Source: Ministeria vibrans ATCC 50519 | Taxonomy: Eukaryota; Protista; Filasterea | NCBI GenBank assembly: GCA_943704425.1 | Contig: CALSCP010000945.1 | Span: 155,165 to 219,164, forward strand | Length of the DNA stretch: 64,000 nucleotides | Direction: 5' to 3' | In this document: positions 56,215 through 64,000 of the stretch, piece by piece | Layout of the letters: the number at the start of each line of letters is the position of its first letter | Numbering within the stretch: position 1 is the first letter of the stretch | Translations under genes and position numbers: made by a program | The notes under the pieces: generated by a model | What the model was told of the DNA's origin: nothing | The model's input: only the letters and a program-made list of their open reading frames with translations | Databases searched by the model: none

Positions 56215-57742
56215 TTAGACTGTTTCGCTAGCAGCCCAGTTTGGACGCTCGTGTGGACTCTGAGAACCAATCATAGGTGCGATTATAAGATTGCTCACTG
56301 CAAAAGGAGAGCCAGCACAGTTCACGCCGTGGGGGACGGGCATGCTCTCTGCTGCAGCTACCCGTGCAGCCACACGCATATCCTTGACGGGCTCACCCGG
56401 ATGGGGGATGACAAGTGGCTGGAGCAGCGAGCGCGTGGCTGTCCTCATGTTGCTGTGCTTGTGCACTTTGGCGGCGGGCGTGTCGTGGTCCTCTTTGCTG
56501 ATGTCGCTCAGGCAGCGTTTGAGGGTCTTCTCGTTCGGCGTGGTGGTTGTTCTTTTCAAACTGAGTAACGTCGTGCACGCGTTCTCGACTGGTAACTCTG
56601 CGCGCGTTGAAGTCATACTAGGCACCACAGCTACTTCATCAAGACACAGAGAGGTAATCATGGGGTGCACAGTCTCGGGCACTGGCGTGGGCATATGCGT
56701 CACTGGCGTGGCCGTCGGCGCAGTGGCTGACGTAGGTGCCTCCGTTCTTGGCTCGACCGTCGCCCGAGATAGGCGAACGGGAGCTACAATGAAAGCCGTT
56801 TGAGTGACCGCGACGTTCACAGGGGCTGCTGCCTGGGGTACGAGCGCCGTCTCTGTAGATGTCGTTGTTGACACCACTTGTGCCGAGGTGGCTGCAAACT
56901 CCCGTTCACGATCGAGCATTGCTTCGTTTCGCCTTTGCTGCTCCTCCAGCAGTCGTTTCTCCTGTTGCTTGCGCACCTTTGCCTCGCCCAGACGTGGTCG
57001 ACCTCGACGACGACGAGGCAGTGCAGCAAGCAGTTGTTGTGAGCGGCTGCTTGTCCTGATGCTGCTGGGGTTGGTGCTGCTGGGGTTGGTGCTGCTGGGG
57101 TTGGTGCTGGTGCAGGAGGCCATGGCCTCTTGCTGGCCATGAGAGGCGTCACGTGTTAGATCCATCTGCTCGATTGTCGCATTCAGGTTGGCGTCCAAAT
57201 CCCAGTGACGCGAGCAGGGCGGGATGGGTACGTTCTTCTCCTCGACTGCGTCAGACTGAACGCCGTGTTCTCGCGCTAAGTGCTTGAGCGCCTTGGAGCT
57301 GGTTGACAGAGTTTCCCCGCATTCGGTGCAAATCAGCTGGCTGCTGTTTTCGACCCTTTTTAGACGCTTATGCGCTTCTACCAAGTGTTCAGCCGCTCGA
57401 TCATGTCTGTGGAGCAGAGAGTGAGAAAGTAATTCATGTGGGGAGTCAATGACGTGCGTTTTATGTAAAATAAGTATCTTTTTGACCTTGAGGCCCTGAC
57501 GAAAAAACAACAGTACCATGTCCAAAACATCAAGGACATCATAGCAGTATAATAATAATGATAATAATGATAATAATTATATAATAGTAATAATAATAAT
57601 AATAGTAATAATAATAATAATTATAGTAATAATCATAATAGTAATAATAAGAGATAAAACAATAATAATAAAATAGTATAGCTCTCATGCATTACCTATC
57701 GAAACGTTGTACGCTTGGGCACGCGGTACAGACGTACATCAT
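56215..57742 (-). CDS. C2H2 zinc-finger plus AT-hook protein (2 exons; start may lie further upstream)
   Basis: YVCTACPSVQRFD|RHDRAAEHLVEAH across an intron, LICTECGETLSTSSKALKHLAREH, RRRRGRPR. Confidence 0.75.
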
Positions 57743-58795
57743 GACTGTTCGCTTGGTGGAATGTGCTCCTGTCAGCCCACGAATACGCCACAGTGGCATG
57801 TGCCAGCATGAGAACTTAAGGGTCATGAGGTGCCACTACTCAAAACAATACAATATATTACTGTGAGTAGTGTGATGCGGTCATGTTTTGCTTAGAAACG
57901 ATGGAAAGTCTAAAATAAAGCATAAAAGGCCACTGTTTAAGAGAGCAGTGCAAGGTGAAGGAGAGGGGAATTTTTGATTATTCGGGTCTGTAACAATTGA
58001 AGAAAGTCGACCCTCAAAGATCAAACCCTCAAAAAAACCCGAAGGTACTTCAACTTTTCAGCGAGTTAATGAATACTCACGCGTCCGTTCCACGGAGAGT
58101 GTTTAAATCATGTAGTAAAGCACATTGGTAAGGGTTTGGAGCAAAACAGCGAAAGAAAAAGATCTTTTTGAGAGTGTCTGGTTTTTTTGGACGAACTTTT
58201 TGGGGAGGGGGAATTTTTTTAGCATGATGAGCGTCCCTGGTCAAACGGGGGGCTGGAGGGTGCCCCATACAGAACGATGCAATGTAAGTTGCCTTTACGC
58301 CGCCGTAAAGGAGTGCGGATGGGCTCACAGGGGCGTGCGGGCGGCAAGAGCAGGAGAACAGGGGCAACCCTCAAAATTTTGACGACGGCCATTGCTTCTT
58401 TGCTTTCCGTTGACGAACCTTAAGATACAGAAAGTCCGAGACTTTGGCCTGAACGCTGTGGTTTTTATAGCGCGCGGCAAGCTGGGGAGTGTCGGGATAG
58501 TTGTCGCGTAATACTTTGAGCTGGTCTCGATGCAAATCCGACAGGTGCTGGCTTGCAAAGTCGAGGTCTTCTTGGTCAGGGCGCAAGGAAAGGCATTGGT
58601 TGTGATTTGGGTCCGCCATGGTGCAAAGGGTTGACAGGGGAACTGAGGAGTCACTGTCGGAGAAACTTAAATTCATGAAAAAAAGTGAAGTCGAAAGTCG
58701 AAACATTAATCATAGCTCTCTAAAATAATTATTAATGATTTAGTCGACAAAATTCCCATCGATTTTTTTTGGAGTAAGTCGAGAAAAAAACAATG

Positions 58796-60519
58796 TTATC
58801 TTTTCAACCTGACATATAAAAATGAGGAGAGAACAGCAACGACTGCAAGGGGTTTGGCAAAGAGGGAGAAGAATGAGTCGGGACGGTCGAGGGGAAGAGC
58901 GCGACGGTAGTTGTGGAGACGGTCAAGCCATTTGAGGGAGCCGAGGTACACGGTGGCAATGAGAGAGCGGACGGGGCCACGAGGCACGGGTGGAAATGGA
59001 AACTGGGCGGGGGTGAACCAGTCCAGGGTGCGGAAGGGAGAGGGCGAGAGAGAGGAAGAGGGAAGGGCGTTGCCAGTGAATGTGAGTGGGTTGAGTTCGA
59101 GAAAGAGGTCGCGGAGAAGCACGCCCGCATAGTTACTAAGGGGCACGCCGTGGCCACAATACGCCATGGCGTGAAGAACGTGTGGGCGGGCGGCGCTGTG
59201 AGAGCCGAAGCAGGGGCGGTCGGACAAAGGCATGGAGACGACGCCCTCCCAGGCATGGGCGGGTCTTAGGGAGCGCGCCTCGAGTTGCGGGAGCCACACG
59301 GCCAGAGCGTCCGTGAGAAGTGCTGTGGTGCGTGGCGATGCAACGTGTAGTCTGTCGTTGGAGTGATATTTGACGTCGCCTGTTGCAATGGCCAGACGAT
59401 GGTCGGGTGTGAGGCGCACTGCCCATAGGATGTGATGGAGCGAATACCAACCAATGGGACGCGTTCCAAACCCACCAAGTTGCTGCCGCTGCTCAACAGT
59501 AAGCGGTTCGGTGATGACCGAGTAGACATGAAGGGGCGCAGCAAAGCGAGCGTAGCGATGGGGCTCGGCGGGTGTGTCGAGGTGCGCGGCGTACGCGTTG
59601 GTCGCGAGGATCACGTAGCGCGCACGGACATTATGTTGCCCACACGCCACTGCTGTCACGTGATCCTGGTGAAACCGCAGCTCGGTAAGCGGGCTTGATT
59701 CAAAGACGGTCACCTGCGGGGCGCGTGGAAGGAGAATCTTCTCAAGGAGTCCTCGCGCGAGTTTAAACGGATTCAGGTTCGCTGCGTGTGCGTCATAAAA
59801 GGCGCCTAGCACATGAGGTGTGCCTAAACGCTCACGAGCTGTCGCTTCATCCCACAATTCACCGGGTTGTCCGAGAAAGCGCGCTGCCGCGTCAATGGCT
59901 TTGACTCGACTCAGCTGTGCACTGTCCGACGCCACAAATGCCATTCCGTTGAGTTGGAGATCACAATCAATGTCAAACTCACGAATCGTCCTCAATAGAT
60001 GGTCCACTGCCGCATGACCCAATTGTACCGTTGAGCGTGCCTAAGCAAAATAAAACAAACAGTGTCATTAATGAGAGGTGCTCCAAAGTGTGTTGTTGTT
60101 ACGTTGTTTTCGCCGAAACGCGACAGCAGCTCATCTGGCAAACTATGGCCCACTCCGGCGTTTGCATAGCCTGTGTTGCGACCTGACGCACCAAAGCCCA
60201 CAAAGTCCCTCTCGAACAGGCCAATGCGCATCTGGGGGAAGGCGTCGGAGAACTCGCGGGCGCACGACAGACCTGCGGAGGTGGCGGGTGAGTGGTCTCG
60301 CGTGCTGGCGGTCTCAGCCTTACCCGTGTAGCCACCACCCACAATCATGAGGTCAAACTCACAGTCTGCCGACACCGCAGGGAGTCGTTCTTCGTGTGTG
60401 ACGGCTGGTGGACAGACAGTGGGTTTCAGTTTCACATCACATCAATTCATTAAAAGTGGGGTACTGTGATGCCAGTAAGATTCATTGGGAGTCAAGCCTT
60501 GCGGATCCAATCCACTCAT
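58796..60519 (-). CDS. FAD-dependent oxidoreductase, DAO family (PuuB/gamma-glutamylputrescine oxidase-like), multi-exon
   Basis: SYW, DLMIVGGGYT|GLSCA, GFGASGRNTG, LNPFKLARGL, VILATNAY, ITEPL, YCGHGV. Confidence 0.88.
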
Positions 60520-60661
60520 GGTGGCACCGCCACGTCAGACAAGCAAGAAGAAATCTATTTGTTATTTGTGTTCACTCTTTAACTTTTCGAAATGTCAAAT
60601 TGTCAATAATTGTTATGAATTATCTGATTGACTGATTCACACATTTCATTTAATTGTTTGA

Positions 60662-61226
60662 ATGACCGAGGCGGCAGACAGCACGACGTCTCTGGCTGGA
60701 TCGTCGGTGGTTGCGTCGGATGCGCTGGCCCAGGGCCTTGTGGGTCTGCTGCAGCCCGTCATTGAAGAACTCGACACAAACACTGAGAATGTGCGCGCTT
60801 CCCAGACAGCTCTTCACACGCAAATCGATTGCCTCTTACAAGGTCCGTCGTCGTCCCCGTCGTCTCCTTTCTCTATGTGTTTTTTTTTTTTCACTCTCTC
60901 GTCTCTTTTTTTTTTTTTGTTGTTTGATTTTTTTTCTCTCTCGTCTCACTAGAAATGCAAACGTTTCTTGACGAGCAGCAGCGAGAACAGCAAGAGCTCG
61001 GACCGGGCGGCGACTTGGAAATCCACGTGCGTCGGCTCGCGTCGTGCAAGCGTCGAATTGCGACGGTGAACAACACTCTGCGCGATGCACAGGATCGTCT
61101 TGAGCGTCTCTCGGCTCAGGTTGCTCGCGAGCACCGTCGACGCAAGGAGCACCAGATGCAGCACGACCACCAGCAGCTTCTTGCACAGCACCACCGCGCT
61201 CAACAGCCACACAAGGCAGGGGTGCC

Positions 61227-61262
<36 letters not shown>

Positions 61263-61401
61263 GCCACAACAGTCACAACAGTCACAACAAACACAATCCA
61301 CGCGCCCACAACAACAAGAACAACAAGAAGAGCAACCGCATGAGGAAGAAAAAACCCCGACACCAGCAACCGAAGCGAATGAGAAGGAGACGACAGAATA
61401 A
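60662..61401 (+). CDS. SNAPIN: Snapin (BLOC-1 subunit 7) with Gln-rich C-terminal extension
   Basis: DALAQGLVGLLQPVIEELD...VRASQTALHTQID|...DLEIHVRRL...RRIATVNNTLRDAQDRLERL. Confidence 0.85.
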
Positions 61402-62280
61402 ATGATTTGTATAACAAACAAAATTGCATTGTAAAAGATATCATCGACCTGCCGCATCATGTGGGGCCACGGCCGAATTGCAAACGCAAAGACACATAGA
61501 CCTACAAATATAAAGAACAGAATAAGAATCACAAGAATAACGGACGTGGAAGGAGACACGAGAGAGAGAGTGTAATGTTGTGCATCAGACAGCCCACCGG
61601 ATAAGGGCCCAATGGCATCAGTCATAAACGCGCACAGCCCGGTCAGTAGGTTCGTCCATACTCGCGCAATGCTTTCTGGGCTGACCATAAGCCGCGCGCT
61701 CTGACTCCGGTTTAAATGTGTATCATCACACGCACAACATTGCACGTCTCCTCTTCGCTCTCTCTCGCCCTCTCTCGCTCTCCTTCGTCTACTTACCGTC
61801 TACAACACAGGCGCATAGGTCGATCTCCACTGCACGATCCTTCGCGTGCCATTCGTTTGACTGTCCACGTGGCTGAAAGGGTAAATGGCAACACAAATTC
61901 AGTACGCTTCGTTTTGGGACGCTACAGCAAATTTGAGCGGCTCAATCGGCGCTCAGACAGTGTGAATTGATTTGAATATTCAGACGTAACAGACCTCCCT
62001 CGATTAGGAAGCCCTACTGTTCATAACTCAACTCTCATCATCGCAAATAAATTTTTTTTTGCTCTCTTTCTCTCTCTCAATTCTCTACCTGATCAGTCCT
62101 TCATCTCGTACAAGGCTTACAATTAAATTACTCATCTATGTTCTCCATGACTCCATCTCAAAGCAAGAAATAAGTTTGGCTTTGAATAATGAAAAATGAA
62201 TAGATTGATCGTGCGATCAAAATATGATCCTCTTTTATTAATAATAATTTTTTTTCGATTTTCATTTTTTTTCATCAAAA

Positions 62281-62763
62281 ATGGATCTTGAAGACGTTGA
62301 CGCCCTTCTCGACGCACCACTCCGTGCCCCCGTGGCAACAGACAAGGCCCCCACGGTATGTGAATGGCATCTCGTGTCACACATGCGTCTCATTTTTTTT
62401 TTTTTTTTCTCAGACAAAAGAAACTTCGCCACGCGACCGCGAGCCAGAGCGTGAACGGGACCGGGATCGGGACCGTGAGCGGGACCGTGACCGAGACCGC
62501 GAGCGTAGCCGGCACAGCGACCGCGAGCGGGACCGCGATGGGCGCGACAGAGACGACAGACACCACCACCACCACCACCACCATCGCAGAGGCAGTCGCG
62601 ATGACCGTCGCTCCGACGATCGCAGACGCGACGACCGCCACTCCCGCGACCACCGCGCCGGCGAGCGACGACGCAGCCGTACCCCGCCTGCCCCCGCCGC
62701 CAGAAGGTCTCCTACGCCTCCAGAGGCCACAACATTATCAAAGGTTCGCCGATTTGCCCCGAG
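62281..62763 (+). CDS. RBM39: RBM39/RBM23-like RS/RD-rich splicing factor, 5' part, truncated by gap
   Basis: MDLEDVDALLDAPL resembles the RBM39 N-terminus, followed by an RD/RE/RS-rich region. RRMs not visible; N gap at about 62795-62803. Confidence 0.6.
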
Positions 62764-62803
62764 GTGAATGGCCAGCAGTGCGCTGGGCATGGTTNNNNNN
62801 NNN

Positions 62804-63440
62804 NGGGGGGGTGAGGGAGGAAGGGGTCGGCGATGGGGGTCGGCGGAGGGGGCTGCGGTGTGAGAGTGGCAGCGAGGGCCGCAATCTGGGAGGCGGAGGG
62901 GGGGTGGCGCGGGGTGGCGCGGCGAGGAACGCGTCCCGAGCGGACGGTGGGCGGTGGTGGTGGTGATTGCGGATGCTGGTGGTGGCTGTCTGTGGTCGTG
63001 GTGTGGGATGATGGTTGTTTTTGTGTTTGTGGCGAGGATTGGTGTGGTTGTTGTCGTAGCGGTGCGGCGTGGGAGGTGGATGGGCGGTGGCGTTTGGGTG
63101 GTGGGGGGTGCGTTGCGTCGGATTGTTGGTGTGGTTGTGGTGCTTGGTGGGTTGCAGGCCGACGTTTGCGCGATCGCGATCCGCCGCTGCCTGTACCGCG
63201 TCTGCTTGGCGCTGTGCTGAGGATCGCGGGAGCTGACACCCCTGACGCGGATGCGCTTGAAGCCCCCACGGCCGTTGCGGAGGCGCCTGGAGCAGGGCTT
63301 TCCGGTTCAGGTTCGACGTAGCGCGAGGGTTTTTTCCGTTGACGCTTGTTCGGCGACGAGCCGCTGCCACTGGCGCCGTTGCGGGAGCCACCAGAGCGAC
63401 CGTTTTCCCGCGTCGTTGCTAACTTTCCGTCGCTGTGCTG

Positions 63441-63474
<34 letters not shown>

Positions 63475-63950
63475 TCGTGATCGTCGTCGTCGTTGTCGCT
63501 GGCTGCGGCGCCATCGCCAATGCCTTGGCTGTCGACAACCGAATGTTGCGTCGCTCCTTGTCCAGCAGTCGGGCTCTCGATGAGCGTCGAATGCGGGGCC
63601 AGGAGTGTGTCCAGATCCATAGGTATGCTTGGAGCACTCGGATCCGCCTGAGACGGCGTGGGCGCTGTGCCAGAGGCGTGGGCATTTTTCACAGACGGCA
63701 AAAGCAAGGCAGTATGGGCGTTTGACGCATCAACGCCGTTTCCCACGCTCTCTCCGAGCGAGGCAAGCTCGTACGACATGGATGTGTCCACTGGGCCGGT
63801 AGCGCTGAGCAGAGAGGACTTTGCAGCCGCAAGCGGACTGTGCGTTGACAGCGGCTCTGTGTCAATGTCCAGCGCCTCAGAAATAGGCAGGGTGGCTTTG
63901 GAGAGCTCCTGAAACGACGCAAGTGGTGCGTCAGGGGATGGGGGTTCCAT
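62804..63950 (-). CDS. Low-complexity N-terminal part of an unknown, probably nuclear protein, truncated by gap
   Basis: About 380 open codons with a poly-D tract and NLS-like KRQRKKPSRY and RSRKRR. Confidence 0.55.
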
Positions 63951-64000
63951 AAAGAAAGAAAAGCTAATCAGAAATGTGAAATGAGGAATGAGATCAATGA

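Noticed and set aside
58077-58706. Two in-frame ORFs separated by a single TGA (58371-58373): possible selenocysteine or readthrough
   Set aside because: No recognisable domain, redox motif or SECIS, and TGA is a normal stop elsewhere in the window; chance or a decayed gene.
61200-61745. Minus-strand ORF with a TM-like segment overlapping SNAPIN
   Set aside because: The Cys-rich part is antisense to the SNAPIN CAG/CAA tract, and the rest has no recognisable homology.

Overview
Gene-dense nuclear DNA from a eukaryotic microbe, using the standard code and mostly short GT-AG introns, some of them inflated by (CT)n/(GA)n and (ATT)n repeats. It is a draft assembly with several N gaps. About 24 protein-coding loci are recognisable: TKL kinase, bacterial-type P-loop kinase, WDR18, ValRS, CbbX-like double-AAA protein, ADF/cofilin, DEDDh exonuclease, secreted beta-helix protein, TANGO2, TMEM272-like, USP22, RPGR, TBCA, ACAA2, UXS1, METTL6, BBOX-like, ACC-synthase-like, p47phox/Tks-type PX protein, C2H2/AT-hook protein, FAD oxidoreductase, SNAPIN and RBM39-like. 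RPGR, an SH2 domain and a Tks-type PX domain suggest a flagellated Amorphea protist, possibly holozoan or obazoan (inference). RNA genes not in the ORF track: one atypical tRNA-Gly(GCC) and two identical, divergent 5S rRNA genes in inverted orientation. Most striking is a spliced gene at 39849-43012 (-) that joins an N-terminal SH2 domain lacking the pTyr-binding Arg to proline-rich tracts, several WH2-like motifs and a canonical C-terminal WH2-C-A (VCA) tail, i.e. a candidate new class of Arp2/3 nucleation-promoting factor. Also notable: apparently interleaved ACAA2/UXS1/METTL6/PX genes (most likely misassembly at GA repeats) and a retroelement patch with a TSD-flanked insertion and telomeric repeats. 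All family assignments are from motif recognition by eye; no database searches were run.
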